Below are positions 18,329 through 29,305 of a stretch of 64,000 bases of DNA, piece by piece. A program made the translations under genes and the position numbers. The first letter of the stretch is position 1, and each line of letters starts with the position of its first letter. The notes under the pieces were generated by a model. The model was not told the origin of the DNA and did no database searches. It saw only the letters and a list, made by a program, of their open reading frames with translations. Source of the DNA: Alphaproteobacteria bacterium (lineage in GTDB: Bacteria > Pseudomonadota > Alphaproteobacteria > UBA828); NCBI GenBank assembly GCA_963667785.2, contig CAXXMU010000001.1, positions 832,001 through 896,000 on the forward strand, read 5' to 3'.

Positions 18329-18437
18329 TCATGGCCGGCCCCCGGAACGGGTCCGGGGGGGCCGGCCATCCACGTCCCTCCGCCTCGCGTGATCGATGGA
18401 GATGCCCGAAACGAGTGCGGGCAGGTCCGGGCATGAC
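18329..18437. repeat. Alphaproteobacterial REP-like palindromic element, copy 1 (degenerate)
   Basis: TCATGGCCGG...CCGGCCATCCAC...GATGCCCG...GTCCGGGCATGAC; homologous to 49849-49939. Confidence 0.7.
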
Positions 18438-18481
18438 GGCGACCGTGGCCGGGCGACGGGGCCGGTCGGGCGGCGGGGGCG

Positions 18482-18550
18482 CAAAGTGGCACACCCCGCA
18501 AATTAATTTTGGGCGGCACAATCCGGCACAAAGTGGCACAAACCGGCACG
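18482..18550. repeat. 10-bp period tandem repeat of GGCAC(A)
   Basis: GGCAC at 18515, 18525, 18535, 18545, plus a copy at 18488 across the AT-rich AAATTAATTTT. Confidence 0.7.
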
Positions 18551-18748
18551 GCCGGAGCCGGGCGGCGGCGAAGCGTAGCGCTCGCGGCGGGCAGGAGCGC
18601 GGGCGCAGAAGACCGCGCCTTCACGCTCGTGCCGCCTGTCGTGGACCGCTGGTCATTGCCTCGCATGGCGCAATCCTGACGCAGGCGCCGCGCGCCGTGC
18701 ACCGCACCATGGTCCGGGGCCGCGCCAAGCCCTCTCCGCGCGGAGAGG

Positions 18749-19783
18749 TCAGCGGCAGTCCACCTCGCGGATGGGGTGTTCGGGAAAGCGCGCGGCCCAG
18801 GCCCCGCTCAGCGTGGCCGCCGTGCCGCCGATGCGCGCCTCGATCGCCATGAGCTCCTCGGTCGCCGTCGCGTAGCCGGCCGAGCGGACGGCGTAGCCGA
18901 GCTCGCCTAGCCTCGTCATGCGCCGCTCCAGATTCGCCTTGCGGCCGTAGACGCCGAACGAGACCCCGTTCGCCAGCGCGCCCGTCCGGATGACGCCCAC
19001 GTCGCTCACGCCTCGCGCGCGAATCTCGCGCACCTTCTCCTCGGCCTCGGCGCGGCTCTCCAGGGGCGGCAGGTAGACGATGTGGTTCTTGAACGTCTCG
19101 CGCGTCTCGCGGGCGAGGCCGAGGATGTCCGCGTCCTGCGCGAGCAGCCATTGCTCGGCCTCCTCGAGGGAGGCCGCATCGCCGAACGCGCCCGCCACGA
19201 CGCAAGCCTCGTCCGCGTCCGCAGCCTCGCGCGCCGGCCGATCGGGCACGGCGGGCGGCTCGACCTCCTTCACGGGCGGAGAGGGCGGCTCAGGCGTCGC
19301 GCTCCCGTCCTCGCTCGTCGCTCCGGCGGCGCGGAGCTCGCGGCCCCGGTCGTAGGCGCGTCGCGCGAGCAGCGTGTAGATGCCGCCCAGGTTATCGTAG
19401 CCGAGGGCCTCGTCCCGGCGCTCCAGTATGTCGAGCATGACCACGCGCGCCTCTTCGAGCCGGCCCTCCTTGACGTAGAGCACCGCCAGGTTGTTGTAGG
19501 CCTCGAACATGTCCGGATGATCGCGCGTGATCGCGCGGAAGATCCCGATCGCGTCTTCCGTGTCGCCCTCGTGCACGCGGAGTGCGCCATGCAGGAGCCG
19601 CACGCGGACGTTGTCCGGCTCGCGCTCCAGCAGCGGGTCGAGAAGGTCGCGGGCTTCCTCGTAGCGCTGCTCCTTGGTCAGGGAGAGCGCACGATCGAGC
19701 GCATCGTCGGCGATGGCGGCGACGGACCACATGAGCGCCGTCAGCGACGCGAGCGCGATCAGGACCCCGCCGATCCGCGTCAT
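18749..19783 (-). CDS. Secreted TPR-repeat protein with C-terminal SPOR-like domain
   Basis: Signal peptide; TPR helices (EAYNNLAVLYVKEGRLEEAR); Pro-rich linker; VYLPPLESRAEA...NGVSFGVY. Confidence 0.75.
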   Translation of the reverse strand: MTRIGGVLIALASLTALMWSVAAIADDALDRALSLTKEQRYEEARDLLDPLLEREPDNVRVRLLHGALRVHEGDTEDAIGIFRAITRDHPDMFEAYNNLAVLYVKEGRLEEARVVMLDILERRDEALGYDNLGGIYTLLARRAYDRGRELRAAGATSEDGSATPEPPSPPVKEVEPPAVPDRPAREAADADEACVVAGAFGDAASLEEAEQWLLAQDADILGLARETRETFKNHIVYLPPLESRAEAEEKVREIRARGVSDVGVIRTGALANGVSFGVYGRKANLERRMTRLGELGYAVRSAGYATATEELMAIEARIGGTAATLSGAWAARFPEHPIREVDCR

Positions 19784-19871
19784 GTCTCCCTCTCTCGCAG
19801 TAAAGGCGGCGCCCCCCCTTTTTACCCTCATCGGCCGGCGGGCGCTTGTCCTCAATCCTGCCTTCGGGCGC

Positions 19872-20774
19872 TCAGTCCGCGCGCGCCGAGCGGCCGCGCG
19901 ACTGGATCGAGCCGATCACCATCATGACGAAGGCTGCGAGCATGAGCCCGGCCGCGCCCCACACATAGGCCGAGTGGGTCTCGTCGAAGAAGAGGATCCC
20001 CCAGCCGATGCCGCCGACCACGCCGATGATGGTCATGATGGAGAAGAGCGAGGCGCCCGCTCGCCGCACGATCACGTAGAACATCGGCCACATGATCGCG
20101 TTGATGGCGACCGCGGCGAGCAGCGCCAGGTCGCCGTCCTGGTCGGGGCCGGGAAACAGGTAGAGCTGGCCGGTTGCCGGCAGGAAGGGGAGGAGCAGCA
20201 GCGCGCCGGCGAAGAGGTTGCCGATCGCGAGCCCCAGCGACGATGCCTCGGGCGGGCGGAAGCGCTCGACGATGACGTTGAGCGCGCCGAAGCCGAAGGG
20301 AATTAGCAGCGCGATGAGGAACCAGACGGCCATGCTGGGCGCCGGCAAGCTATCTCCCGGGATGACGATGAGGAGGACGCCCGCGATGCCCGCCAGCAGG
20401 CCGATCGCGCAGATCGGCCTGAAGCGCTCCAGACGGGCGAGGACGGCCAGGGAATAGGTGAAGAGCGGTGTCAGCGTGATCAGGAGAACGGTGACGCCGG
20501 AGGGCAGCTTGGTCGCCACGAAGGCCAGCAGCGCGAAGGGAAAGGCGAAGCCGAGCGCGGCGCTGACGAAGTAGAGCCTGAGATGCGCCGGCGAGAGGGA
20601 GGGCAGCTCGCGCCGGATGGCTGCCGGCACCAGCAGGATCAGCCCGGCGCCGAGCGCGTACCAGAACACGTAGGCGAAATTGGGGAATCCCGCATCGCCG
20701 GCGATCTTGTTGACCGGGATCAGCAGACTGAAATTGAGGCCGGCAATGAGGATGAGGAGGAGCGAGAGGGCCAT
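19872..20774 (-). CDS. DMT/EamA-family transporter
   Basis: About 10 hydrophobic segments; LTPLFTYSLAVLARLER; GILFFDET. Confidence 0.85.
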   Translation of the reverse strand: MALSLLLILIAGLNFSLLIPVNKIAGDAGFPNFAYVFWYALGAGLILLVPAAIRRELPSLSPAHLRLYFVSAALGFAFPFALLAFVATKLPSGVTVLLITLTPLFTYSLAVLARLERFRPICAIGLLAGIAGVLLIVIPGDSLPAPSMAVWFLIALLIPFGFGALNVIVERFRPPEASSLGLAIGNLFAGALLLLPFLPATGQLYLFPGPDQDGDLALLAAVAINAIMWPMFYVIVRRAGASLFSIMTIIGVVGGIGWGILFFDETHSAYVWGAAGLMLAAFVMMVIGSIQSRGRSARAD

Positions 20775-20782
20775 GGCGGCCG

Positions 20783-21973
20783 TCAGGATGAGGCGGGGCG
20801 GCGCGCGTGGGCCGCGCGCGTCTCCACCAGGTTCAGGATCGCCTGCGCGGCGCGTTCGCTCGGCGGGGGGCCGCCGCGCCCCAGCCGGGCGGCGATTTCC
20901 CCGAAGCTTTCGATCTGCTCCTGCCTGCGGTCGGCATCGAGCAGCAGCTCTTCCACCGCCGGCACGAGCCGCCGGGGCGCACACTCTCTCTGCACGAACT
21001 CCGGCGCCGCCCTGCGCTCGGCGATGATGTTCGGCATGGCGATGTGCTGCACCAGCAGGACCCGCCGCGCGATCGCCGCCGTCAGCGGGTTGACCCGGTA
21101 GCAGACGATCATGGGCACGGCGGCCAGCGCGAGCTCGAGCGTTGCCGTGCCGGAGACGGTCAGCGCCGCATCGCTCGCGGCGAAGGCCGCGTACTTCTCC
21201 GCCTTGCCGTCGATGACGGTCACGGGCGCACCCCAGGACGCCGTCTCGGCGGCGACGGCGGCGCGATGCTGCGGCAGGGTCGGCACCAGCACGCGGAGGC
21301 CCTCGATGCGCCGGGCAAGCGCACGGACCGTCGCGCCGAACACGGGCTGATGGCGGCGCAGCTCGCTTGCCCGGCTGCCGGGCAGGGCGGCGATCACCCG
21401 CTGCCCGGGCTCGATGCCGTGGCGCCGGCGGAAGCCCGGCCCGTCGGCGCTCTCGATGGGCTCCTCGACCAGGGGATGGCCGACGAAGCTCGCGTCCAGA
21501 CCCTCGGCCTCGAAATAGGGCGGCTCGAACGGGAACAGGCAGAGCACGTGATCGAGATAGCGCGCGACCTCCCGCGCGCGCCCCGGCCGGTAGGCCCAGA
21601 CCGTCGGCGCCACGTAGTGGACGAGGGGAAAGCCCGCGCCGCTCAGCCTGCGAGCGACACGGAGCGCGAACTCCGGTACGTCGACCGAGACGAAGGCCGC
21701 TGGCCGCAGCCTGCGCGCGGTGCGGGCCGTCGCCCGGATGCGCCCGAGCATGCGCGGCACGTGCGGCACCACCTCCAGAAACCCCACCAGCGACAGCTCG
21801 GAGAAGGGAAACAGGCTCTCCAGACCCTGCTCCGCCATGAGCGGGCCGCCGATGCCGGCGAAGCGCACGCGACCGCCGGTCTGCCGCTTGAGCGCGACCA
21901 TCAGCCGGGAAGCGATGAGGTCGCCGGACGGCTCGCCCGCGATCAGGAAGATCAGCGGCGCGTCGCGCTCCAT
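20783..21973 (-). CDS. lpxB: Lipid-A-disaccharide synthase
   Basis: IAGEPSGD, YVAPTVWAYR, LFPFEP, FVGHPL, LPGSR, SGTATLE. Confidence 0.96.
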   Translation of the reverse strand: MERDAPLIFLIAGEPSGDLIASRLMVALKRQTGGRVRFAGIGGPLMAEQGLESLFPFSELSLVGFLEVVPHVPRMLGRIRATARTARRLRPAAFVSVDVPEFALRVARRLSGAGFPLVHYVAPTVWAYRPGRAREVARYLDHVLCLFPFEPPYFEAEGLDASFVGHPLVEEPIESADGPGFRRRHGIEPGQRVIAALPGSRASELRRHQPVFGATVRALARRIEGLRVLVPTLPQHRAAVAAETASWGAPVTVIDGKAEKYAAFAASDAALTVSGTATLELALAAVPMIVCYRVNPLTAAIARRVLLVQHIAMPNIIAERRAAPEFVQRECAPRRLVPAVEELLLDADRRQEQIESFGEIAARLGRGGPPPSERAAQAILNLVETRAAHARRPASS

Positions 21974-21981
21974 TCTGGCCG

Positions 21982-22800
21982 TCAGCCCACGCCGACCATG
22001 AAGACGCCGTGCGCATCGGCGCGCGCGATCGCCTGGCTGCGCTCGAGGATCAGCGTCTCGCCCGCCTCGACCGCCACGCCGCTGAAGCCGGCTTCCGCGA
22101 GCTTCTCGATGGTGGTCGCCCCGATCGTGGGCAGATCGGCCCGACGCTCCTGGCCTGGCTTCTTCACCTTCACCAGCACGGCACCCGGCCCCGGTTGCTG
22201 GAACGCGGCGCAGCGCGCGATCAGCCCGTCCGTGCCCTCGGCCCCTTCGACGCCGAGCACCCGACCCGCCTGCACCACGACGGCCTGCCCGATGTCCTGG
22301 GCGCCGAGAGCGCGGGCGGCCTCGATGCCGATGGCGATGTCGCGCTCGGCGTCGGCGTCGGGCGCGCGCAGGCCGATGATACCCTCCGGCGCGCGCAGTG
22401 CCGCGATCAGGTCGTCGGCACCGACCACGGTGAAACCCTCCGCCTCGAGCTCGCCGATCACCAGCGAGAGGAGCGCGTCGTCGCCCTTGCCCCGGGTGCG
22501 CGCGATACGCCCCATGAGGCGCATGCCGCGCAGGTCGACCTTGAGGGTGGAGAGCGCCGGCCGGCGGATCGAGCCGGCGAGCACCACCTCGCGGCAGTCC
22601 GCCTGCCGCAGCGCCTTGAGCAGGGCGCCCACCGCCCCCAGCCCCAGCCAGCGGTGGGGAACACCCGCGCAGGTCTCCGGGTCCGTCTCGCCCTCGAAGG
22701 CGATGACCAGCACCTCGCGGCCTTCGCTCCTGCACGCCCGTACGATGAGGCCCGGCAGCCGCCCGCCGCCGGCAAGGATCCCGAGCCTACTCGCCGCCAT
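21982..22800 (-). CDS. lpxI: UDP-2,3-diacylglucosamine diphosphatase
   Basis: LGILAGGGRLP, DIGQAVVV, EGTDGLI, KPGQERRADLPTIG; located between lpxA and lpxB. Confidence 0.93.
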   Translation of the reverse strand: MAASRLGILAGGGRLPGLIVRACRSEGREVLVIAFEGETDPETCAGVPHRWLGLGAVGALLKALRQADCREVVLAGSIRRPALSTLKVDLRGMRLMGRIARTRGKGDDALLSLVIGELEAEGFTVVGADDLIAALRAPEGIIGLRAPDADAERDIAIGIEAARALGAQDIGQAVVVQAGRVLGVEGAEGTDGLIARCAAFQQPGPGAVLVKVKKPGQERRADLPTIGATTIEKLAEAGFSGVAVEAGETLILERSQAIARADAHGVFMVGVG

Positions 22801-23587
22801 CGTCCCGGGGCTGGCAAATCGAGCGCTCGCGGTCGATCCGCATGAAGTCGACGATGTCCATGACCGGCTCGTTGTCATGGAACAGCTCGGCCACGTCGGC
22901 AAGACGCTCGGACATGGTCCCCTCTTGTGCGAAGAGCAATCGGAAGGCCCGTCTGAGATCGTGCACGATGTCGCGGCCGAAGCCGCGTCGCTTGAGGCCG
23001 ATCAGGTTGAGCCCGGTGAGCCGGGCCCGGTCGCCCGAGGCCGAGCCGTAGGGAATGAGATCGTGCTCGATCCCGGACATGCCGCCGACGATCGCGTGGC
23101 GCCCGATGCGGACGAACTGGTGCACCGCGGCCAGGCCGCCGAGGATCGCCCAGTCGTCGATTGCCACGTGGCCGCCCAGCGTCGCGTTGTTGGCCATGAC
23201 GACGTGATTGCCGATGGTGCAGTCGTGCGCGACGTGGGTCGCGATCATGAACAAGCAGTGATTGCCGACGCGGGTCAGCATGCGGCCGTGGGGCGTGCCC
23301 GGGCTCATGGTGACATGCTCGCGGATCACGTTGTCGGCGCCGATCTCGAGCCGCGACGGCTCGCCCCTGTACTTGGTGTCCTGCGGCGGCTGGCCGATCG
23401 ACGCGAAGGGATAGATGCTGGTGCGCGGGCCCACGGTCGTGCGTCCGGCAACGACGGCGTGGGAGACCAGCCGGACATCGTCGCCGAGGACCACGTTCTC
23501 GCCGACGATGCAGTAGGGGCCGATGCTGACGCCCTCGCCGAGCTCGGCGCCCGCCTCGACGATCGCCGTAGGGTGAATGTCCGTCAC
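22787..23587 (-). CDS. lpxA: UDP-N-acetylglucosamine O-acyltransferase
   Basis: IHPTAIVE, PQDTKY, IREHVT, HVAHDC, ANNATLGGHV, VHQF. Confidence 0.97.
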   Translation of the reverse strand: MTDIHPTAIVEAGAELGEGVSIGPYCIVGENVVLGDDVRLVSHAVVAGRTTVGPRTSIYPFASIGQPPQDTKYRGEPSRLEIGADNVIREHVTMSPGTPHGRMLTRVGNHCLFMIATHVAHDCTIGNHVVMANNATLGGHVAIDDWAILGGLAAVHQFVRIGRHAIVGGMSGIEHDLIPYGSASGDRARLTGLNLIGLKRRGFGRDIVHDLRRAFRLLFAQEGTMSERLADVAELFHDNEPVMDIVDFMRIDRERSICQPRDDGGE

Positions 23588-23588
23588 G

Positions 23589-24059
23589 TCAGGTGTCTTC
23601 CAGGATCATGGCCGCGTAGGTCGCGTCTGCGACCGTCTCCCCTTCGACGACGGCGCGCGCGGTGAATTTCCACACGTTCTGGCGCCGCTGCTTCTTGGTC
23701 ACGTGGATGAAGAGCTGGTCGCCCGGCACGACCGGCCGCCGGAAGCGGCAGGTGTCGACCGACATGAAGTAGACCAGCTTGCCCGCCATGGCCGGGCCGA
23801 GGGTCGCCACCACGAGGACCGCCGCCGTCTGCGCCATCGATTCGATGATGAGCACACCCGGCATGACGTGCCGGCGCGGAAAGTGGCCCTGGAAGTAGGA
23901 TTCGTTGATCGAGACGTTCTTGATGCCCGTCGCGCACTCGTCCGGGGTCACGTCCACCACGCGGTCGATCATCAGGAACGGGTAGCGGTGCGGGATCGCA
24001 TGGAGGATCTCCTCGATATCCATGCGCTCGATGGTCTGCTGGGGTGTCGCGTCGTTCAT
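23589..24059 (-). CDS. fabZ: 3-hydroxyacyl-ACP dehydratase
   Basis: [36 protein letters not shown]. Confidence 0.97.
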   Translation of the reverse strand: MNDATPQQTIERMDIEEILHAIPHRYPFLMIDRVVDVTPDECATGIKNVSINESYFQGHFPRRHVMPGVLIIESMAQTAAVLVVATLGPAMAGKLVYFMSVDTCRFRRPVVPGDQLFIHVTKKQRRQNVWKFTARAVVEGETVADATYAAMILEDT

Positions 24060-25084
24060 TCCAGGCTCGCCTTGCCTCTCGCCAGCCGCGCGAGATGCGC
24101 GCTCTGGCGGTGCCATTGCCGGATCGGCACGGCGGGCGTGCCGCCGTAGGTTCCGCCCGGCTCGATATCGCGGATCACGCCGGTCTGGCCGGCGATCTGC
24201 GCACCGTCGCCCACCGTGAGGTGGCCCGCCACGCCCACCTGCCCGGCGATCATCACGAAGTCGCCGATCGTGACGCTGCCGGCCAGCGCAGTCTGGGCCG
24301 CGATCACGGTGCCGCGCCCGATGCGGACGTTGTGGGCGATCTGCACCAGATTGTCGATCCTGCAACCCTGGCCGACGACCGTGTCGGGGCCCGCCCCGCG
24401 GTCGATGGTGGTGTTCGCGCCGATCTCCACGTCGTCCTCGATCAGGACCCGGCCGAGCTGGGGAACGTTCACGTGGCCGCCCCGGTCGATCGCGAAGCCG
24501 AAGCCCTCCTGGCCGATCCGCACGCCGGGAAAGATCGAGACCCGGGCGCCGATCAGGCAGTGGCTGAGGGAGGCCCCGGCCCCGATGCGCGTGTCGTCGC
24601 CGATTTCGACGGCCGGCCCGATCGTGGCGTTGGCCCCGACGAAGCAACGGGCGCCGATCTGCGCGCCGGCGCCGATCGCGACGCCGGCCTCGATGCGGCA
24701 TCCCTCGCCGAGCACGGCTGCCGGATCGACGACCGCCGCCGGGTGCACCCCCGGTGCCGGCGCCGGGACGGGGTAGAACAGCGCGGCTGCCTGTGCGTAC
24801 GACTTGTAGGGGTAATCGCTGGTGAGCACGGCCACGCCGTCCGGCGCACGGTCGGCAAGCGCGGCCGGCGCGATGCAGGCGCCGGCGCGGCACACGGCGA
24901 ACGCGTCGACATATTTTCGATTGTCGAGGAAGCTCAGGTGCTGAGGCTCGGCCTTCCCGAGCGGAGCCACGTCGGAGAGACGCATCGCCGGGTCGGCACC
25001 CGCCGCCAGCCGGGCGCCGGCGGCATCGGCTATTTCGACCAGCGTGAACGGCCCCGCCGCGGTGAAGAAGCGTGGATCGGGCAT
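24056..25084 (-). CDS. lpxD: UDP-3-O-acyl-glucosamine N-acyltransferase
   Basis: Hexapeptide repeats; [30 protein letters not shown]. Confidence 0.96.
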   Translation of the reverse strand: MPDPRFFTAAGPFTLVEIADAAGARLAAGADPAMRLSDVAPLGKAEPQHLSFLDNRKYVDAFAVCRAGACIAPAALADRAPDGVAVLTSDYPYKSYAQAAALFYPVPAPAPGVHPAAVVDPAAVLGEGCRIEAGVAIGAGAQIGARCFVGANATIGPAVEIGDDTRIGAGASLSHCLIGARVSIFPGVRIGQEGFGFAIDRGGHVNVPQLGRVLIEDDVEIGANTTIDRGAGPDTVVGQGCRIDNLVQIAHNVRIGRGTVIAAQTALAGSVTIGDFVMIAGQVGVAGHLTVGDGAQIAGQTGVIRDIEPGGTYGGTPAVPIRQWHRQSAHLARLARGKASLE

Positions 25085-25644
25085 CAGTTCTCGTCGAACG
25101 ACAGCGCGATCTCGGGGAACGCTTCGTTCATCCGTTCGATCACCTGATCGGTCAGATCGAACTCGGCAACGGCGAATATCGAATTGTGGACCGGCAGCAC
25201 GATGTCGATGGCATGCCGTTCCGCCACCTCCGCCACCACGGTGCCGAGGGCGATGCGGAACTGGATCTCGCCTTCCTGCACGGCGCGCTGCAACGCCTGG
25301 CCGCGCAGCCTGGCCCTCTCGTCGGCGGCCGTCAGCTCGGCATTGAAGGCGCGCTGCCGCTCCTCCATCGCTTCGGCCGTGAGAAGTGCCTGCTGCTGCT
25401 GCAGCTCTTCCTGGAACGCACGCAGACGCTCCGCCTCGCGCATGGATTCTTCTTCGAACACCCTGCGCTGGGCCTCGCCCTGGGTCTGTATCGAGGCAAT
25501 CGCCACCGCCTCGCCGAGTATCCGCCCCATCTCGATGATGGCAACGCGCGTGCCGCGCTCGTCCGCCCAGAGGCCGGTGCTCCCGCCGGCGACAAGGCCG
25601 AAGGCGAGGGCGAGCGCGAGCCCGATCCGCTTGAATTCCATCAT
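25084..25644 (-). CDS. skp: OmpH/Skp periplasmic chaperone
   Basis: Signal peptide, coiled coil, [11 protein letters not shown]; located between bamA and lpxD. Confidence 0.85.
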   Translation of the reverse strand: MMEFKRIGLALALAFGLVAGGSTGLWADERGTRVAIIEMGRILGEAVAIASIQTQGEAQRRVFEEESMREAERLRAFQEELQQQQALLTAEAMEERQRAFNAELTAADERARLRGQALQRAVQEGEIQFRIALGTVVAEVAERHAIDIVLPVHNSIFAVAEFDLTDQVIERMNEAFPEIALSFDEN

Positions 25645-25646
25645 CC

Positions 25647-27962
25647 CTAGAACCTCGTTCCGAAGCTGAAGCGGAATGTCTCGGTCCGGTCGAAGTCCTC
25701 TTTGACCAGGGCCCGCGCAAAGTCGAGGCGGATCGGCCCGAGCGGCGACCGGAAGTTGATGCCGGCGCCGACCGAGAGCCTCGGCGAGCCTTCTTCCAGA
25801 ATTCCGGGTCCGGTGTCGTCGGTCTTGGCGAGGCTGCCGACGTCGGTGAAGAGCGCTCCCCGCATGTTGAGCGCCTCGTCGAGGCCGAGCGGGATGCTCA
25901 TCTCGCCCGTCACCGAGTAGAACACGTTACCGCCGAGCGCATCGCCGGACCTCTCGTCGCGTGGACCGACCCCGCTCGGCTCGAAGCCTCTAAGCCTGTG
26001 GCCGCCGAGGAAGAAGCGGTCGACGATCCGCACGTCGTCGTCGAGGCCGACGATGTGGCCGGTGCGGGTGAGCGCGCTCAATATCCATCCATCCCCGAGG
26101 GGGTGGTAGTAGCCGTAGTTGAGGGTGTGCCGGAGATACCTGGCATCGCCGCCGATCCCGGCCAGCTCCTGCGAGACGCGGGCGGAGTAGCCGGAGGTCG
26201 GGTCGATGCGGCTGTCGCGCAGATCGTAGTGCAGCGTCTGCGAGACCGACGAAGTCGTCGTCGTACCCTCTTGCCGGGAGATGAAGAGGGACGAATCGTC
26301 GGGAACGTCGCTGACGATGTCGGTCCTGAGTCCGTACGAGACGGTGTGCTGCAGCCGCTCTGCCAGCGGATAGCCGGCCCGGAGCGCAAAACCGGTGGTC
26401 CTTCGATCGTAGGAGCTCTCTGCCTGCAGATCCACGGTCCGGCGGAACACGTCGAAGCCGGCGGCCAGGTTGCGATCCATGAAGTAGGGCTCGGTGAAGC
26501 CCAGGTCGATCTCCTGGCGGCGCCCGGAGATCACGAAGCCGAGCCGGAGATCCTGCCCCTTGCCGAACAGGTTGCGCTCCCGCAGGGAGATATCGCCGAG
26601 CAGGCCGTCCGACGACGAGACGCCGGCGCCGAAGCTGAGCTCGCCCGTGGGGACCTCGTCGACATCCACGGAGACCACGGTCCGGTCCGCCGCCGTGCCC
26701 TCGCTGGTCTCCAGGTCGACCCTGTCGAAGTAGCCGAGGTTCATGATGCGCTGCCGGGAGCGGCGGATGAGGGCCGAGTTGAAGGCATCGCCCTCCACCA
26801 GCCGGAACTCGCGCCGGATCACGTCGTCATGGGTGCGGACATTGCCGCTGATGTCGATGCGCTCGACATAGACCCGCGGGCCCTCTCCGATCTCGAAGGT
26901 CACGTCGACCGTGGCGGCTTCGAGATCGCGCCGCGTTCGGGGCCGTACGTTGACGAAGGCGTAACCGCGGCTGCCGACCGCTTCGGTGAGCGCCACCAGC
27001 GTGTCCTCGACGCGGTCCGCGTCGTACCACTCGCCCTCTTCGAGCGTGACGACCGGGAGGAGCTGCTCGGTCGACAGGTCCCGCAGCTGGTTGTCGATGT
27101 CGATGGCGCCGTAGCGATAGCGCTGCCCCTCCTCCAGAGAGAAGGTGATCACGAAGTCGTCGCGCTCGGGCGTGAGCTCGGCGACCGCCGAAATCACGCG
27201 GAAATCCACATAGCCGTTGGCGAGATAGAAGCGACGCAGCAGCTCCTGATCGAAGGTCAGCCGGTCGGGATCATAGGTATCGGCGCTGGTGAAGATGCGA
27301 TACCAGGCGCTCTCCCGGGTCTGGATCTCGTCCCGCAGCGCGTTGTCGCTGAAATGGCTGTTGCCGATGAAGTTGATGCGCCGGACCCCGGTCACCGGTC
27401 CTTCGTCCACCTCGAAGATCAGATCGACCCGGTTCTGGGGGAGCTGGATCACCTTGGGCTCGATGGTGGCGGCGAAGCGGCCGCTGCGCCTGTAGATCTC
27501 GGTCAGGCGCTGCAGGTCCGACTGCACCCGGGGCCGGGTGTAGACCACGCGCGGCCGTAGCTGGACCTCGGCCTCGAGGTCGCTGTCCTCGAGCGCTTCG
27601 TTGCCCTCGAAGACCACCCGGTTGATGATCGGGTTCTCGACCACGCTGACGATCAGGACGTCCCCGTCACGCCGGATGGCGACGTCGGCGAAGAGTCCGG
27701 TCGCGAACAGGTCCTTGAGGGACCGGTTGACGACGTCGGTATCGAACCGGTCGCCGGGAGCGATCGACAGGTGGGAGCGCACGGTATCCGCCTCGATGCG
27801 CTCGTTGCCTTCGACGAGCACGGAGTCGATCACCCGCTCCTGCGCCGTCGCGGCGCCGATCCACGCGCATAGGACGATCGCTACCAGCCAGGGAACGTGT
27901 CGTGCCCGTCCGACCCGCCGCGTCGCGGCGACGCCCGATGCCCGCCTCGTCCGCCCCGTCAT
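25647..27962 (-). CDS. bamA: Outer membrane protein assembly factor
   Basis: POTRA repeats ([22 protein letters not shown]), LRGF loop, C-terminal FRFSFGTRF. Confidence 0.96.
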   Translation of the reverse strand: MTGRTRRASGVAATRRVGRARHVPWLVAIVLCAWIGAATAQERVIDSVLVEGNERIEADTVRSHLSIAPGDRFDTDVVNRSLKDLFATGLFADVAIRRDGDVLIVSVVENPIINRVVFEGNEALEDSDLEAEVQLRPRVVYTRPRVQSDLQRLTEIYRRSGRFAATIEPKVIQLPQNRVDLIFEVDEGPVTGVRRINFIGNSHFSDNALRDEIQTRESAWYRIFTSADTYDPDRLTFDQELLRRFYLANGYVDFRVISAVAELTPERDDFVITFSLEEGQRYRYGAIDIDNQLRDLSTEQLLPVVTLEEGEWYDADRVEDTLVALTEAVGSRGYAFVNVRPRTRRDLEAATVDVTFEIGEGPRVYVERIDISGNVRTHDDVIRREFRLVEGDAFNSALIRRSRQRIMNLGYFDRVDLETSEGTAADRTVVSVDVDEVPTGELSFGAGVSSSDGLLGDISLRERNLFGKGQDLRLGFVISGRRQEIDLGFTEPYFMDRNLAAGFDVFRRTVDLQAESSYDRRTTGFALRAGYPLAERLQHTVSYGLRTDIVSDVPDDSSLFISRQEGTTTTSSVSQTLHYDLRDSRIDPTSGYSARVSQELAGIGGDARYLRHTLNYGYYHPLGDGWILSALTRTGHIVGLDDDVRIVDRFFLGGHRLRGFEPSGVGPRDERSGDALGGNVFYSVTGEMSIPLGLDEALNMRGALFTDVGSLAKTDDTGPGILEEGSPRLSVGAGINFRSPLGPIRLDFARALVKEDFDRTETFRFSFGTRF

Positions 27963-29305
27963 GACGTGAGCCCGATGATGTCCTTCGTTGTCACCCAAAC
28001 CATCAAGGCGACGACCAGCATGAGCCCGACCGTCGTGCCGATCTGCTGGAGCCGGGCGGTCAGCGGGCGCCGGCACACCGCCTCCACGGCATTGTACAGA
28101 AGGTGGCCGCCGTCGAGCGGCGGGATCGGGAAGAGGTTGATCAGGCCGAGGGCGATGGAGATGAGCGCCGCGAACTCGATGAAGCCCGCCACCCCGCGCT
28201 CCAGCACGCCGCGCGACATGACGGCGATGCCGACAGGTCCGCTCAGTTGCTCGGTGGAACGGGTGCCCGCGATCATCTGGCCTACCGCGCGCAGGTTGGC
28301 GGCGGCGAGGGTGTAGGTGTGCTCGATCCCGGACCAGATCGATTCGCCGAAGCCGAGATCCCGCAGCGCAGACGGCTCCTCGGGATAGACACCGACCCGC
28401 CCGATCCCGTTCACGTCGTCCGGCGTCACCGTGAGCGTCTCTTCGCGACCGTCCCGCAGGACGACGAAGGCGAGCGGCACTGCTGCGTTCTGTTCGACGA
28501 CGGAGCGCAGATCGTCGAAGCCGGTGATCTCCGTGTCGCCGATGCGGACGATCGTATCGCCCGGCAGGAGCCCGCCTCTCTCGGCCGGGCTGCCGACGAC
28601 GACCTGGGAGATGGCGGCGGAAATGAACGGCCGCACGCCGATGTCGCCAAGCTCCTGCGGCCGGTCGAAGGGATCCAGCACCTCGACGATCTCCGGCGTC
28701 ACCGTGAACGCCAGCAGCGCGTCGCCGCGTTCGACCGCGAGCGCGATCGGCTCTCCCAGATTCTGGAGCAGGGCGAACTCCAGCTCCTCGAAGCGCTCGA
28801 TGCGGCTGCCGTTGAGCTCGACCAGCCTGTCGCCCGGCTCGATTCCGGCTATGGCGGCGGGGCTGCCGTCGCGCACGGAGCCGATCTCGACCGGCGTGTA
28901 GCGCTGGCCGACCACCATGAAGAAGACGGCGAAGATCACCGCCGCGAGCAGCAGGTTGGCGAAGGGGCCGGCGAACGCGATGGCCGAGCGCTGGCCGACA
29001 TTCTTGGCGAAGAACGAGTTGGGCGGGAGCGGTTCGTCCGCCGCCTCGGCGCTCGTGCTGGCGATGTCGGCGTCACCGTGGAACTTCACATAGCCGCCGA
29101 GCGGCAGCGCGCAGAGTTTCCAGCGCGTTCCGAACCGGTCGCTGATGCCGATCAGCTCGGGCCCGAAACCGACCGAGAACACCTCCACGCGAACCCCGTT
29201 GATCCGCGCCACGAGGTAATGGCCGAGCTCGTGGAAGAACACCACGGGTGTAATCACCGCGAGAAACGGCCAAATATAGTTCAGTTTGTCGACGATCAGG
29301 TCCAT
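27959..29305 (-). CDS. rseP: RIP metalloprotease (M50) with two PDZ domains
   Basis: HELGH, FSVGFG, GGYVKF, AGPFAN, NLFPIPPLDGG. Confidence 0.95.
   Translation of the reverse strand: MDLIVDKLNYIWPFLAVITPVVFFHELGHYLVARINGVRVEVFSVGFGPELIGISDRFGTRWKLCALPLGGYVKFHGDADIASTSAEAADEPLPPNSFFAKNVGQRSAIAFAGPFANLLLAAVIFAVFFMVVGQRYTPVEIGSVRDGSPAAIAGIEPGDRLVELNGSRIERFEELEFALLQNLGEPIALAVERGDALLAFTVTPEIVEVLDPFDRPQELGDIGVRPFISAAISQVVVGSPAERGGLLPGDTIVRIGDTEITGFDDLRSVVEQNAAVPLAFVVLRDGREETLTVTPDDVNGIGRVGVYPEEPSALRDLGFGESIWSGIEHTYTLAAANLRAVGQMIAGTRSTEQLSGPVGIAVMSRGVLERGVAGFIEFAALISIALGLINLFPIPPLDGGHLLYNAVEAVCRRPLTARLQQIGTTVGLMLVVALMVWVTTKDIIGLTS

Noticed and set aside
18482-18550. Sigma54 promoter (TGGCAC) or CRISPR array
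   Set aside because: GG-to-GC spacing is 8-9 nt rather than 10; the units are too short, have no spacers, and there are no cas genes
16080-18748. Complete DGR cassette (TR, avd, RT)
   Set aside because: No second VR-like copy and no RT motifs found by eye anywhere in the window
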